Shown: positions 1 to 11,689, counted from the first letter of the stretch. The stretch is 64,000 nt of DNA from an uncultured Phycisphaerae bacterium (GCA_963760365.1 CAVXDC010000012.1:2475-66474), one strand, 5' to 3'. Numbers and translations: made by a program. The notes: generated by a model not told the origin, from the sequence alone.

Positions 1-636
<636 letters not shown>

Positions 637-780
637 TCCCCGCCGGCGGGCGACCACGATGGGCCGATCGCCGCAGCCCGGGTGCATCTCCCGGGCCGCA
701 GGCGGGGCCGGGACGCTGACAGAATCGTCCGCGCTCACGGAGGCAGGACGGAACAGACATCGAAGGCAGTTGCGGACAAC

Positions 781-1504
781 GGTGGGCGGCCCGATTCGCC
801 GTCACAGGAGACGTGCGATTTCTTTCGCACCAGGAGATGATGCGCGGCTGGAACTGGCCGCCGTCCGGGCCGGTGTGCCGCTGCGGTACACCCAGGGCTT
901 CAATCCGCATCCGGTCCTGTCGCTGCCGGCCCCGCGCCCGGTGGGCGTGAGCAGCGAGGATGAGCTGTTGGTGATGTCCCTGGAAGCGACGATGCCGGCG
1001 CAGGACCTGCTGGCCGGCCTGGCGGCTCAGGCGCCGGAGGGGGTACGGTTCCTTCACGCCCAGAGGCTCGAATCCAAAGGGCATCCCCAGCCCGTCCGAA
1101 TCGACTATGCCCTGGAGCTGACCGGGGCGGAGATCGCTCGTGTCCGGAATCGCCTGGAGGAGTTGGGGCACCTTGCGGCCTGGCCGGTGGAGCGCCCGAC
1201 CCGCCCCAAAGGTCACAAGCGGCGTAAAACGGCTCCCATGGTTTTAAAAAGGATCGACGTCAAGCCGATGGTGGCCGATCTGAGGCTGGAAGAAGGCCAC
1301 CTGCGGTGGTCGGTCGTCCCGCAAGGAGATACCTGGGCCCGGTGCGGGGACGTTTTGGAGATTTTGGGATTGGACCAGAGGCTGCGACTGGCTGATGTGG
1401 TGCGCAAGGCCGTAGCCTATGCCGCCAGCGGCCTAAGGGCCGATAAGACGACCAAGGATAACTTTACGACGGGAAACCCCCATGCAGAAACAAATGCTGA
1501 TTAA
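781..1504 (+). CDS. Radical SAM-linked protein (DUF2344 / TIGR03936-like)
   Basis: The translation (ISFAPGDDARLELAAVRAGVPLRYTQGFNPHPVLSLPAPRPVGV...) matches the conserved N-terminus of DUF2344. This family is commonly found next to RNase E/G. The start is uncertain: GTG 781 was chosen, and the computed ORF starts at 593 in a low-complexity region. Confidence 0.55.
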
Positions 1505-3631
1505 CACGGTTGAGGGCGTGGAGTGCCGCATCGCGATCGTCAACGGCGGGGCGATGGAAGAGCTCTACGTGGAGCGGGCCAGCAGCGCCAGCCGCGTGGG
1601 CAACATCTACAAGGGCCGCGTGTCCAACCTGGAGCCGGCGATCCAGGCTGCGTTCATCGACTTCGGCATGAGCAAGAACGGCTTCCTTCACGTCTCCGAC
1701 CTGCACCCCCAGTACTTCCCCAAGGGCAAGGCCCCGGCCGAAACCGTGGGCGCAAGCAGCGCCACCGCGATCGCCCCCCCATCCAGGACTGCCTGCGCCG
1801 CGGGCAGGAGGTCATCGTCCAGATGACCAAGGAGGGCATCGGCACCAAGGGCCCGACACTGACGACGTACCTTTCGCTTCCGGGCCGGTACCTAGTCATG
1901 ATGCCGGGCATGAGCCGCCTGGGCGTGTCGCGCAAGATCGAGGACCAGGACGTCCGCGACAAGGCCCGGGGACTTTTGGCCGGCCTGAGCCTGCCGCCCG
2001 ACATGGGCTTCATCGTCCGCACTGCCGGGCTCGACCGCGGCAAGCGCGACCTCCAGCGGGACCTGAACTACCTGCTGCGCCTGTGGAAGTCGGTTAAGAA
2101 CCGCATCAAGACCTCCAAGGCCCCGGCGGAGATTTACCAGGAGTCCGACCTGATTATCCGCACGGTTCGGGACGTCTACAACACCTCCATCGAGCGGATC
2201 ATCTGCGACAAACCGACCGACGCGCTGAAGATCAAGGAGTTCCTGGACGTGGCCATGCCCCGCGGCAAGCACGTCATCCAGTTGTACGTCGGCAAGGACG
2301 GGCTGTTCCACGACTATGGCCTGGAGGAGGAGATCGAGAAGATTTACTCCCGCCGCGTGGAGCTGCCCAGCGGCGGGTCGCTGGTGATCGACCAGGCCGA
2401 GGCGCTGGTTGCCATCGACGTCAACTCCGGTCGCTTCCGCGAGCACAGCGACGCCGAGACCACGGCTACGAAGATCAACCTCCAGGCCGCCGAAGAGATC
2501 GCCCGCCAGCTCCGCCTGCGCGACCTGGGCGGGGTGATCATCATCGACTTCATCGACATGCGCGAGGAAAGGAACCGCCGGGCGGTCGAAAAGGCCATGC
2601 GCGAGGCGATGAAGCCCGACCGCGCCAAGGTCAAGATCCAGCGGATCAGCGCCTTCGGCATCGTCGAGATGACCCGCCAGCGGATGCGCCCCTCGCTGAA
2701 GGACAGCATCTACGCCCTTTGTCCGGCCTGCAACGGCACCGGGCATCTCAAGAGCGAAGAATCCCTGTCGCTGGAAATCATGCGGACGTTGCAGCGACTG
2801 TGCCACCTCGAGGCCGTCGCGCACATCCGGCTCGCCGTCGCCCCGATTATCGCGCACCACCTGTGCAACTACAGGCGTCGGCAATTAGGCTGCCTGGAGG
2901 ATAGCTGCGGCAAGACCGTCGTCGTCGAGGCCGACGGACAATTGCGCGGCGACGAGGTGAAAATCACCTGCACCGACAAACGCGGCAGCGAGGTTGCCTG
3001 GGAACATCCCACCGCGCCCCAGGGCGTTCCGCGGTTCCTGGCCACGGTGGACATCTCCGCGATCCCCGCAGCCACCGGCCGGCGAATGACGGCCGAAGGC
3101 CAAAAGGAAGGCAGGGAAAAGGCCGCCGTGCCCTCAACTCCGCTGACCGAGCCGCTGGGCATGGTGCCTTGGGTGAGACCGCCCCAGCCGTTCCCACTGC
3201 CCGCTCCAGCGAAGTCGGCCCCACCGATCCCGCCTTTATCGGCCGGTCCGTCCGCACCGCCGTCGGGCCAACCGAGCGGGACCCCCGCCGCAGGCCAGCC
3301 ACCCCCCAAGCGGCGCCGTCGGGGTCGCCGAGGCCGACGCAGGGGACGAGGGCAAGGCCAACCGCAAGCCTCCCCCGCAACCCCGGCCACTCCCGTGCCC
3401 ACTTCGCCAACGTCGATGAGTTCCGGCGAACCCTGGCCGCCGACACCGCCCCAACCGCCGCCCGCCAGTCCGCCCGGTCCGCCGCCTCCGCCACAAGCAC
3501 GCCAGCCGTTCCTTCAGCCGCCGTCTGCCCAGTCGGCCGAGCCACGCAAGCGGCGCCGATCTCGCAGGCGGCGCAGGCCCAAAGGCGATTCTGCCCCCCA
3601 AGGACCGAACGCCCCCATCCAGCCTTCCTGA
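1482..3631 (+). CDS. rne: Ribonuclease E/G family endoribonuclease with an Arg/Pro-rich C-terminal tail; interrupted by a 1-bp frameshift in a C7 run at 1774-1780
   Basis: S1 domain at the N-terminus (MQKQMLINTVEGVECRIAIVNGG...YKGRVSNLEPAIQAAFIDFG) in frame 3, continuing in frame 2 with the RNase E/G catalytic core (PPIQDCLRRGQEVIVQMTKEGIGTKGPTLTTYLSLPGRYLVMMPG ... DFIDMREE). Restoring one C in the 1774-1780 homopolymer joins the two frames. The C-terminus is proline- and arginine-rich low complexity, as in RNase E scaffold tails. Confidence 0.8.
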
Positions 3632-3686
3632 TTTTGGTGAAAAAGGTCGAGTCGAGACGCTATCCCCTGCCCCCGGCGGCCTGGGG
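3632..3686. terminator. Possible bidirectional terminator hairpin between the convergent rne and accD genes
   Basis: Imperfect GC-rich palindrome (gcccccggcggcctggggc) in the 55-bp gap between two converging stop codons. There is no clear U-tract. Confidence 0.25.
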
Positions 3687-4556
3687 CTACTTAGCGCAGT
3701 AGTCGATTAGCCGGGCCAACTCGCTGCGAAGGTCCTTGCGCGGCACGATCAGGTCGATGAATCCGTGCTCCAGCAGGAACTCCGCCCGCTGGAAGCCCTC
3801 CGGCAGTTCGGCCTTGATCGTGTTGGCGATCACCCGCTCGCCGGCAAAGCCGATCAGCGCACCCGGTTCGGCCACGGTGATGTCGGCCAGCATGGCGAAG
3901 CTAGCCGTCGTGCCGCCGGTGGTGGGGTCGGCCAGGACGGCGATGTAGAATCCCCCCGCCTCATCGAGCCGGGCCAGGGCGGCGGAGGTCTTAGCCATCT
4001 GCATCAGGCTCAAGGCCCCCTCGTGCATCCTGGCGCCACCGGACATGCAGACGATGATCAGCGGCAAGGCCGACGCGACGGATTGCTCGGTCAGCAGGGT
4101 GATCTTCTCACCGACTACGGAGCCCAGCGAACCCATCAGCCAATCCCCGTCCATGACCGCCAGCGTCACGCGTCGTCCCTTGATGTAGGCGATGCCCGTC
4201 AGCACGGCCTCGGTGTTGCCGGTCTTGGCCTGCTCGGCGCGGATGCGTTCGGCCAGGGTCTTGCCGGCCCAGCGGAACTCCAGCGGGTCGGCCGGGGCGA
4301 TCTCGGCGAACAGATCCTCGAAGCTGTCGGGGTCGACCAGTTGGCGAATCCGCTCGCGGGCGCCCACGCGGAAGTGATACTGGCAGGTGGGGCAAACCTG
4401 GAGGTTCTCGGCCACCGTCTTGCGGTAGAGCGTGCTTTCGCAGGACGGGCAGCGCATCCACAGCCCGTCGGGGATCTCGCGCCTCTTGCGAATGGCCGGA
4501 CCCTCGAAGGTGGAGAAATCATACGGCCGGGTGATTTCTTTTTCGCCTTCCGCCAT
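3687..4556 (-). CDS. accD: Acetyl-CoA carboxylase carboxyltransferase subunit beta
   Basis: N-terminal zinc ribbon (CPSCESTLYRKTVAENLQVCPTCQYHFRV) followed by the carboxyltransferase domain (GIAYIKGRRVTLAVMDGDWLMGSLG, CMSGGARMHEG). Convergent with rne. Confidence 0.93.
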   Translation of the reverse strand: MAEGEKEITRPYDFSTFEGPAIRKRREIPDGLWMRCPSCESTLYRKTVAENLQVCPTCQYHFRVGARERIRQLVDPDSFEDLFAEIAPADPLEFRWAGKTLAERIRAEQAKTGNTEAVLTGIAYIKGRRVTLAVMDGDWLMGSLGSVVGEKITLLTEQSVASALPLIIVCMSGGARMHEGALSLMQMAKTSAALARLDEAGGFYIAVLADPTTGGTTASFAMLADITVAEPGALIGFAGERVIANTIKAELPEGFQRAEFLLEHGFIDLIVPRKDLRSELARLIDYCAK

Positions 4557-4660
4557 GACCTTATTGACCTTCGCATTACTAAGGCGTCGGTCGGTTGTTA
4601 TCCCGCCCTATGCGGCTGGGTGCGATTCGCCGGAGGCGAATCGCTTTGGCAACGCAAAGT

Positions 4661-5386
4661 CTAATAGGTACCGCTGGTTTTTCCCGACGGACCGCCAGGA
4701 CCGCCCACCGCCTCGCGCAGCGCCCGCACGGCTGCGGGGATGTCTGGGGCGCTGAAGATATTCTCCCCGGCCACGAACACGTCCGCGCCGACTTGGCGGC
4801 ACAGCCGCGCAGTGGCGGGGCTGATCCCGCCGTCCACTTCCAGCCGCTGGGACGGTTTTAGCATACCGCGCAGGAGGCGGATTTTCTCCAGCATCTCGTG
4901 CATGAACTCCTGCCCGCCGTAACCCGGCTCGACCGTCATCACCAGCACCATGTCCGCTTCCGTCAACGCGTCGCCCAAGACCTCGACCGGCGTCCCCGGC
5001 CGAAGCGTCACGCCCACCCCCAGGCCCAGGTCCCGCAGGCGGGCGATCAGCTTGTGCGGTTCGCTCGAAGCCTCGGCGTGGAACGTGATGCTGTCGGCCC
5101 CGGCCTCGGCGAACCGCTCCAGGAAGTAGGCCGGGTCGGTCACCATCAGGTGCACGTCCAGGGCCATGTCCGTGGCCTTGCGGATGGACCTGACGAACCC
5201 CGGCCCCATGGACAAGTTCGGCACGAAGTGCCCGTCCATGATGTCCACGTGGAACAGGTCGGCCCCGCCGGCGGCGGCCTGGGCAAGGTCAGTTCCCACG
5301 TGCGCGAAGTTACTCGCCAGCAGCGACGGGGCGATCAGCGCCCCGCCGGGAAGCTGCCTCCAGGGATTTCCGCGTTTCAGTTTCAT
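4661..5386 (-). CDS. rpe: Ribulose-phosphate 3-epimerase
   Basis: LIAPSLLASNFAHVG...HVDIMDGHFVPNLSMGP...HLMV...VMTVEPGYGGQEF are the canonical Rpe metal and substrate motifs. Confidence 0.9.
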   Translation of the reverse strand: MKLKRGNPWRQLPGGALIAPSLLASNFAHVGTDLAQAAAGGADLFHVDIMDGHFVPNLSMGPGFVRSIRKATDMALDVHLMVTDPAYFLERFAEAGADSITFHAEASSEPHKLIARLRDLGLGVGVTLRPGTPVEVLGDALTEADMVLVMTVEPGYGGQEFMHEMLEKIRLLRGMLKPSQRLEVDGGISPATARLCRQVGADVFVAGENIFSAPDIPAAVRALREAVGGPGGPSGKTSGTY

Positions 5387-5408
5387 CGCATGAGTGCCGC
5401 AAGACGGC

Positions 5409-6662
5409 TTACTTGGTGTCCAGCACTTCCAGCGGTGGCATGGACCGGCCTTCCAGGTATTCCAGGCTCGCGCCGCCGCCGGTGGAGATGTGGGTCATCG
5501 CCTTATCCAGGGCCATGTCCTCCACGGCCGCGGCGGAGTCGCCCCCGCCGATGACGCTGATCGCCCCAGCAGCGGTGGCCTGGGCGATCGCCTCGGCGAT
5601 GGCCTTGGTGCCGGCGGCGTATTCGGCCCGCTCGAAGACGCCCACCGGCCCGTTCCACACGATCGTCTTGGCCTTGGATATCTCTCTGCCAAAGGCCTGG
5701 ATGGTCTTGGGCCCGATGTCCATGCCCAGCAGGTTATCGGGGAGGTTCACGTCCGAGACGGCGACGGGCTTGCCGTTTTGGAAGTCGTCGGTGGCGACGT
5801 GGTCCACCGGCAGCAGGATCTTGCCGCCGCCGGCGGCCAGGAGCTTTTTCATCTCCTCCACCTGGTCAGCCTCCAGGAGGCTCTTGCCGACCCGCACGCC
5901 CTGGGCCTTCAGCAGCGTGTAGGCCATCGCCCCACCGATGAGGATGCGGTCCACCTTGGCCAGCAGGTTGGAGATGAGCTTGATCTTGTCGCTGACTTTG
6001 GCGCCGCCCAGGATAGCCAGGAACGGCCGGTGGGGGTTGGCGACGGCTTCGTGAAGGTACTTGATCTCTTTTTGGACCAGAAAGCCCGCCACGGCCGGTC
6101 CACCCTTATCGCGGATGGCCTGGGCCAGGCCGTACATGCTGGCATGCTTGCGGTGGCAGGTGCCGAACGCGTCGTTGACATACACCTCGCCCAGAGCGGC
6201 CAAGCCGGCCACGAAGTCGTCCAGCACCTTCTGCTGCTGGGGCGTGAGCTTCTTGTCGGGGTTCTTCTTGGCGTTGTCAGCCATGGTCTCCCCGGCCGCG
6301 AAACGGACGTTCTCCAGGATCACGACCTCCCCGGCCTTCATCGCGGCCACCAGCTTCTGAGTGGCCGGGCCGACGACCTCAGCCGGGCCGACCTTCACGG
6401 GCCTACCTAAAAGGTCCGCCAGGCAATCGGCGGCGGGCTGAATAGAAAACTCCTTCTCAAAGCCCTTGCCCGCAGGCCTCCCCAAGTGGCTCATCAGCAC
6501 GAGCCTAGCACCTTGCTTCAGCACGGCCTGGATTGTCGGTAGGGCCTGGACGATCCGGCGATCGTTGGTCACCTGGCCGTCCTTGACCGGGACGTTGAAG
6601 TCCACGCGCATCAAGACCGTCTTGCCCGAGACGTCGATGTCCGCGACCGTCTTGGTGGCCAT
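5409..6662 (-). CDS. pgk: Phosphoglycerate kinase
   Basis: MATKTVADIDVSGKTVLMRVDFNVPVKDGQVTNDRRI...LMSHLGRP...AILGGAKVSDKI...ISTGGGA is a full-length PGK. An alternative upstream start lies at 6692. Confidence 0.95.
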   Translation of the reverse strand: MATKTVADIDVSGKTVLMRVDFNVPVKDGQVTNDRRIVQALPTIQAVLKQGARLVLMSHLGRPAGKGFEKEFSIQPAADCLADLLGRPVKVGPAEVVGPATQKLVAAMKAGEVVILENVRFAAGETMADNAKKNPDKKLTPQQQKVLDDFVAGLAALGEVYVNDAFGTCHRKHASMYGLAQAIRDKGGPAVAGFLVQKEIKYLHEAVANPHRPFLAILGGAKVSDKIKLISNLLAKVDRILIGGAMAYTLLKAQGVRVGKSLLEADQVEEMKKLLAAGGGKILLPVDHVATDDFQNGKPVAVSDVNLPDNLLGMDIGPKTIQAFGREISKAKTIVWNGPVGVFERAEYAAGTKAIAEAIAQATAAGAISVIGGGDSAAAVEDMALDKAMTHISTGGGASLEYLEGRSMPPLEVLDTK

Positions 6663-6895
6663 GGTTTCATCCTTCCCGAGTACCTGAGTCATATGTGTGT
6701 TAGTTAAAAGCTCCTCGCCGGTGTTGCCTCTCCTAAAGGCCCACTCGAAGTCGGGGGAGGGCTTCCTGAGAGGGAGCAGGAATCATACGGCCAAGGCCCC
6801 TGATACGCAAGGCTGACAGACCGTGGACCGTAGGGTGGGTCACTTGTAACCCGCGGAAAACCTGCCTACGTGAATAATGCGGCCTGCAATTCCGT

Positions 6896-6921
6896 GGGCA
6901 GCGGAGCTGCCCACCCTACAA
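6896..6921. repeat. GTAGGG-hairpin element (perfect 9-bp inverted repeat gtgggcagc/gctgcccac) in the gap-pgk intergenic region
   Basis: Read on the minus strand it is GTAGGG TGGGCAGC TCCG CTGCCCAC, located after the gap stop codon. A second GTAGGGTGGG...ACCC hairpin-like copy lies at 6831-6855. Same family as the elements at 38868, 39806 and 40886. It may act as an intercistronic terminator or attenuator. Confidence 0.5.
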
Positions 6922-6949
6922 AGCCAAGGGGATTCTCCCAGCGGGTTCG

Positions 6950-7969
6950 CTACAGCTTGGCGATCCGTTCGACGAGGTCAGCGGTGCGGACGCTGTAAGC
7001 CCACTCGTTGTCGTACCACATCGTGACCTTCACCATGTCCCCGTCCAGCACGATGGTGTTGGTGGAATCGAAGATCGAGCTGTGCGGATTGCCGATGACG
7101 TCGGAGGAGACGATCGGGTCGGTGACGTACTCGATGATGCCCCTCATCGGTCCCTCGGCCGCGGTGCGGATCACCTCGTTGATCTCCTCGACGCTGGTCT
7201 TCTTGGCAGCCAGGAAGGTCAGGTCCGTGATGGAGCCGACGGGCACCGGCACGCGGAGGGCGTAGCCGTGCAACTTGCCCTTCAGCGCCGGGATCACCTC
7301 GCCCATGGCCTTGGCCGCGCCGGTGGTGGAGGGGACGGTGTTGAGTGCCGCCGCCCGGCCGCGGCGCTTGTCCTTGTAGGGCATGTCCAGGATGGCCTGG
7401 TCGTTGGTGTAGGCGTGGATGGTGGTCATCAGCCCCTTGACGATGCCGATCTTCTCCTGGAGCACCTTGCAGGGCGGGGCCAGCGAGTTGGTCGTGCAGG
7501 AGGCGTTGGAGATGCACTTCATGCCGGCCTCGAGCGTGTCGTCGTTGACCCCCAGGACGATTGTGGCGTCCGGCTTGTCCTTGGCCGGGGCCGAGAGCAG
7601 CACCCTTTTAGCCCCGGCGGCCAGGTGGCTGTCGTAACCCGGTCCTTTCTCCGAGGCCCGGCTGGTGAACTTGCCCGTGGACTCCACCACCACCTCCACG
7701 CCCAGCTTGGCCCAGGGCAGCTTGGAGGGGTCTTTTTCGTTCAGGACGGGTACTTCCTTGCCGTTGACTACCAGCGCGCCCTGCTTGACGACGATCTTGC
7801 CGGGGAACCGGCCTTGGGTGGAGTCGTACTTCAGCATATAACCGAGCATGTCCGCGTCGAACATGTCGTTGATGGCGAGGACATCGAACTTCTCCGGCTC
7901 CTGCGACATCGCGCGAAACACCAGCCGCCCGATGCGGCCGAACCCGTTGATGGCGACCTTTGCGGCCAT
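6950..7969 (-). CDS. gap: Glyceraldehyde-3-phosphate dehydrogenase (type I)
   Basis: [15 protein letters not shown]...[10 protein letters not shown]...WYDNEWAYS. The computed ORF extends 33 codons upstream, but the conserved N-terminus starts at the internal Met. Confidence 0.95.
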   Translation of the reverse strand: MAAKVAINGFGRIGRLVFRAMSQEPEKFDVLAINDMFDADMLGYMLKYDSTQGRFPGKIVVKQGALVVNGKEVPVLNEKDPSKLPWAKLGVEVVVESTGKFTSRASEKGPGYDSHLAAGAKRVLLSAPAKDKPDATIVLGVNDDTLEAGMKCISNASCTTNSLAPPCKVLQEKIGIVKGLMTTIHAYTNDQAILDMPYKDKRRGRAAALNTVPSTTGAAKAMGEVIPALKGKLHGYALRVPVPVGSITDLTFLAAKKTSVEEINEVIRTAAEGPMRGIIEYVTDPIVSSDVIGNPHSSIFDSTNTIVLDGDMVKVTMWYDNEWAYSVRTADLVERIAKL

Positions 7970-8202
7970 GGTGAGCACTCCTTGTCTTGGGTCCAGACTC
8001 TCCAGTCCGCCTTGGACCGCTTCCTGCCCTGTGGGGCCGAACCGCCGCGGACGGACAGAACCCGACACTGTAGGCCCTCCCCGCCGGGACTGTCAACCGC
8101 ATTTGCCCCCAAGCGATGCGGAATGCCCTACAAACCGCTTGGCAGATTGCAGGAGATGAAGTAACCTTTGCGGGGCGCCAAGAACAAGGGAGACACCGGC
8201 TC

Positions 8203-8700
8203 ATGAACGACACCGACCAACCGGTCGCATCGGATCGCGTGGTCTGTCCGGCCACCAAAGGCCCCATCGAACGGTTCTTCATCGTCGCCGCGATGGCGCT
8301 GGCCTTTGGCCTGTGGACGGGCTATGACGCCTACGTTCTCGGCAAGTATCCCTACCCCAACCCGTACAACATCAACGAATTCGGCAAGCACGTCTTCAAT
8401 CACTACGGCCCGGTGGTGTTCATCCCCCTGGCGCTGGTCCTGGTGGCCTGGGGCGTCTGGGCGATGCGCCGCGTCCTGGTGGCCGACGGCGAAGGCGTCG
8501 GCTACGAAGGGGGTGCCCGCCTGAGCTGGACGGGCATCCAGGCGGTGGATGCCTCGCGACTGAAGGACAAGGGGATCCTGGTCCTTCGGTTCCAGGGGGG
8601 CAGGAAACTCGTCCTGGACTCCTGGAAGCTAAGAAACTTCAAGGACCTGGTGGCCTTCGTCGAGGCCCACCTGCCCCCCGAGATTCATATCGGCATGTAA
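8203..8700 (+). CDS. Hypothetical membrane protein (two predicted TM helices, C-terminal soluble domain)
   Basis: AAGGGAG ribosome-binding site before ATG 8203. Hydrophobic segments FFIVAAMALAFGLW and VVFIPLALVLVAWGVWA. The gene ends 7 bp before ileS and is probably co-transcribed with it. Confidence 0.5.
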   Translation: MNDTDQPVASDRVVCPATKGPIERFFIVAAMALAFGLWTGYDAYVLGKYPYPNPYNINEFGKHVFNHYGPVVFIPLALVLVAWGVWAMRRVLVADGEGVGYEGGARLSWTGIQAVDASRLKDKGILVLRFQGGRKLVLDSWKLRNFKDLVAFVEAHLPPEIHIGM

Positions 8701-8707
8701 CGCGGCC

Positions 8708-11689
8708 ATGAGCGAAGGCAAGAACGACTACAAGGATACGCTGAACCTTCCGCAGACGTCCTTTGAGATGAAGGCCAATCTGCTGGCCAAGGAGCCGGCC
8801 ATCCAGGCCCGCTGGGACGCCCACAAGCTGTACGGGCAGATTCGCCGCGCCCGGGAGGGCTGCCCCCGCTTTGTCCTGCACGACGGCCCGCCGTACACCA
8901 ACGGCCCGGTCCACATGGGCACGGCGCTGAACAAGGTGCTCAAGGACATCGTCGTCCGCACCAAGAACATGGCGGGGTTCGACGCGCCCTTCCTTCCCGG
9001 CTACGACTGCCACGGCCTGCCCATCGAGCAAAAGGTGACCGATGAGCTGGGCACTAAGGCCGGGGGCATGTCCGCCATGGAGATCCGCGGCCGGTGTGCC
9101 GAGGTTTCCAAAAAGTTCATCAAGGTCCAGACCGAGCAGTTCCGCCGCCTGGGGGTGATGGGCGAGTTCGAGAACGCCTACCTCACCATGAGCCCTCAGT
9201 ACGAGTCGGCCGTGCTGGAGGTCTTCGCGCGCCTGGTCGATCAGGGACTGGTGTACCGCCAGCTTCGGCCCGTGCAGTGGTCGATTGAAAATCGCACCGC
9301 GCTGGCGGAGGCGGAGCTGGAATACCACGACCGCACCGACCCAAGCATCACGGTGGCCCTGGCGCTGAGCGAATCGAGCGCGGCCGTTTTGCCGCATGAA
9401 AAGGGGGACGAGGTTTACCTGCTGGTCTGGACGACCACGCCCTGGACGTTGCCGGCCAACCTGGCCGTGGTGGTGCATCCGGAATACACCTACCTGTGCG
9501 TCCACGCCGACACGGCCGATGGACCGGCCACGGTCATCGTGGCCGAAGGGCGATTGGAGGCGGTCGTCGCCGCCCTCCGCGCCGCCCGGGTCGACTGGCT
9601 GAAGAGCTACCGGGTCAAGGACAAGTTCACGGGGGAACAACTGGTCGCCGCCAAGCTGACCTACCGTCACCCGATCCTGGAGGGCAAGACCTGCCCGGTC
9701 CTGCCGGCGGAGTACGTTACGCTGGAAGAGGGCACGGGTCTGGTCCACACCGCCCCCGGCCACGGGCTGGAGGACTACGGCACGGGCCTCAAATACGGCC
9801 TGGAGATTTACTGCCCCGTTCGCGAGGACGGTACGTTCGACGACACCGTGCCGGACTGGCTGGTCGGCAAGAGCGTCTGGCAGGCCAATCCCCAGATCGT
9901 CGCCTATCTGCGGCAGCTCGGCACGCTGGTGGCCGAGCAGACCGCCACACATTCTTATCCGCACGATTGGCGCTCCAAGACGCCGACCATCTTCCGCGCC
10001 ACCGAGCAGTGGTTTATCTCGGTGGACCGCCCGATGGCCCGCGGCGGGCGATCCCTGCGCGACCTGGCGATGGAGGTCTGCCGCCGCGAGGTTCACGACG
10101 GCGGGGTGGAGTTCATTCCCCCCTGGGGGCGTCAGCGCATCGCCGGCATGCTCCAGAGCCGCCCGGACTGGTGCCTCTCGCGCCAGCGGGCCTGGGGGCT
10201 GCCGATCCCGGCCTTCTACAACCGTGCAGGCCAACCGTTGCTGACCCCTTCAAGCGTCCGCGCGGTGGCGGCCGTGGTGGCCAGGGAAGGCTCCGACGCC
10301 TGGTTCAAGCGCTCGCCACAGGAGCTCCTGGCCGGCTACGATCCGGCCGCCGACCGCAGCCTGCCCGACCCGGAGGCGTTCCCTATCCGGGAGCTGGTCA
10401 AGGGCAGCGACATCATCGACGTGTGGTTTGAGTCCGGCTCGAGCTGGTTCGCCGTCGCGCTAGGCAGGAACCTGGTGGAAGACATCCCCGTCGATCTGTA
10501 CCTGGAAGCCACCGACCAGCATCGCGGGTGGTTTCAGCTTTCGCTGCTGCCGGCCCTGGGGACCGAGGGCAAGGCCCCCTACAAGACGGTGCTGACCCAC
10601 GGCTACATCGTCGATGAGCAGGGCCGGACCAAGATGAGCAAGTCGCTGGCCAACGCGATGAACGTCGTCGACCAGATGAACAAGCGCGGGGCCGACGTCC
10701 TGCGCCTGTGGCTGGCCTGGCAGAATTACTCCGACGACGTCCGCTGCTCCGAGAACCTCATCGCCCAGGCCGAGGACACCTACCGCAAGATCCGCAACAC
10801 CTTGCGGTATTGCATGGGCGCCTGCCACGACTTCGATTTCCTCCACCACGCCGTCCAGCCGGCGGGGCACTCGGTGGACCTATGGATGAAGATGCAGACG
10901 CATCGGCTCATCCGCGACGTGCGCGAGGCCTACGAGCGCTACGAGTTCCATAAGGCCACCCGGATGATGCATGAGTTCTGCACCGTGCACGCCTCCAGCA
11001 TCTACATGTCCGCCGTCAAGGACAGGCTCTACTGCGAGGCGCCCGATTCCCCACGCCGCCGGGCTACGCAAACCGTCCTGCACGGGATGCTGATGGCGCT
11101 GGTCAAGCTGCTGGCCCCCATCCTCCCGCACACGGCCGAGGAGGCCTGGGAGCACATTCCCTTCCGCCCGGCCGAAGAGCCTTCCAGCGTACACCTGGCC
11201 CGCTTGCCGGATGTTGACGCCAAGATGCTCCGCCTGGCTGAGGAGCTTCGGCCGGTGACGGTGGATCTGGCCAGCTTTTCCGGGGATTCCCTGGAGGCAG
11301 GCCCCGCCTGGGTGTGGGACCGTCTGCTGGACCTGCGCGGGGTCGGGCTGGTGAAGCTGGAGGCCTTGCGGAACAGCGGCGTGAAGAACCCGCTGGACGC
11401 CGAGGTGGTCTTCAAAGTCGCCGCCGGCCGGGAGGCCGTGGCCGGGATGCTCCAGACCTACTTGAAAGAACTGGAAGACCTGCTGGGCGTGGGGTATGCC
11501 CGGATCGAAACCGGCGCGTCGCTGGGCGAGGGGGAAGTGGTGGCCGTGGAAGTGCTGGATGCCCGCGGCCGATACAAGCGGTGCGCCCGGAGCTGGAAGC
11601 GCCGTCCCGACGTCGGCAGCGACGAGCAGTACCCCGACCTGTCTGCCCGCGACGCCGCCGTCATGCGCCAACTCGCCCAACGGGGCTAG
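8708..11689 (+). CDS. ileS: Isoleucine--tRNA ligase
   Basis: 993 aa with the class I HIGH motif (PYTNGPVHMGTALN), KMSKS (KMSKSLAN) and the IleS editing and anticodon-binding regions. Confidence 0.97.
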   Translation: MSEGKNDYKDTLNLPQTSFEMKANLLAKEPAIQARWDAHKLYGQIRRAREGCPRFVLHDGPPYTNGPVHMGTALNKVLKDIVVRTKNMAGFDAPFLPGYDCHGLPIEQKVTDELGTKAGGMSAMEIRGRCAEVSKKFIKVQTEQFRRLGVMGEFENAYLTMSPQYESAVLEVFARLVDQGLVYRQLRPVQWSIENRTALAEAELEYHDRTDPSITVALALSESSAAVLPHEKGDEVYLLVWTTTPWTLPANLAVVVHPEYTYLCVHADTADGPATVIVAEGRLEAVVAALRAARVDWLKSYRVKDKFTGEQLVAAKLTYRHPILEGKTCPVLPAEYVTLEEGTGLVHTAPGHGLEDYGTGLKYGLEIYCPVREDGTFDDTVPDWLVGKSVWQANPQIVAYLRQLGTLVAEQTATHSYPHDWRSKTPTIFRATEQWFISVDRPMARGGRSLRDLAMEVCRREVHDGGVEFIPPWGRQRIAGMLQSRPDWCLSRQRAWGLPIPAFYNRAGQPLLTPSSVRAVAAVVAREGSDAWFKRSPQELLAGYDPAADRSLPDPEAFPIRELVKGSDIIDVWFESGSSWFAVALGRNLVEDIPVDLYLEATDQHRGWFQLSLLPALGTEGKAPYKTVLTHGYIVDEQGRTKMSKSLANAMNVVDQMNKRGADVLRLWLAWQNYSDDVRCSENLIAQAEDTYRKIRNTLRYCMGACHDFDFLHHAVQPAGHSVDLWMKMQTHRLIRDVREAYERYEFHKATRMMHEFCTVHASSIYMSAVKDRLYCEAPDSPRRRATQTVLHGMLMALVKLLAPILPHTAEEAWEHIPFRPAEEPSSVHLARLPDVDAKMLRLAEELRPVTVDLASFSGDSLEAGPAWVWDRLLDLRGVGLVKLEALRNSGVKNPLDAEVVFKVAAGREAVAGMLQTYLKELEDLLGVGYARIETGASLGEGEVVAVEVLDARGRYKRCARSWKRRPDVGSDEQYPDLSARDAAVMRQLAQRG

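Noticed and set aside
1892-2884. A 330-aa minus-strand ORF
   Set aside because: It is antisense to the conserved RNase E/G catalytic core. Its composition is biased and it has no domain signal.
5394-6410. A 338-aa plus-strand ORF, and the similar 7082-8164 plus-strand ORF
   Set aside because: These are antisense to pgk and gap respectively. Their translations are Gly/Asp/His/Leu-rich low complexity.
8639-10234. A 531-aa minus-strand ORF, plus similar ORFs at 10880-11710
   Set aside because: It lies entirely inside ileS on the opposite strand. High-GC antisense frames stay open by chance.
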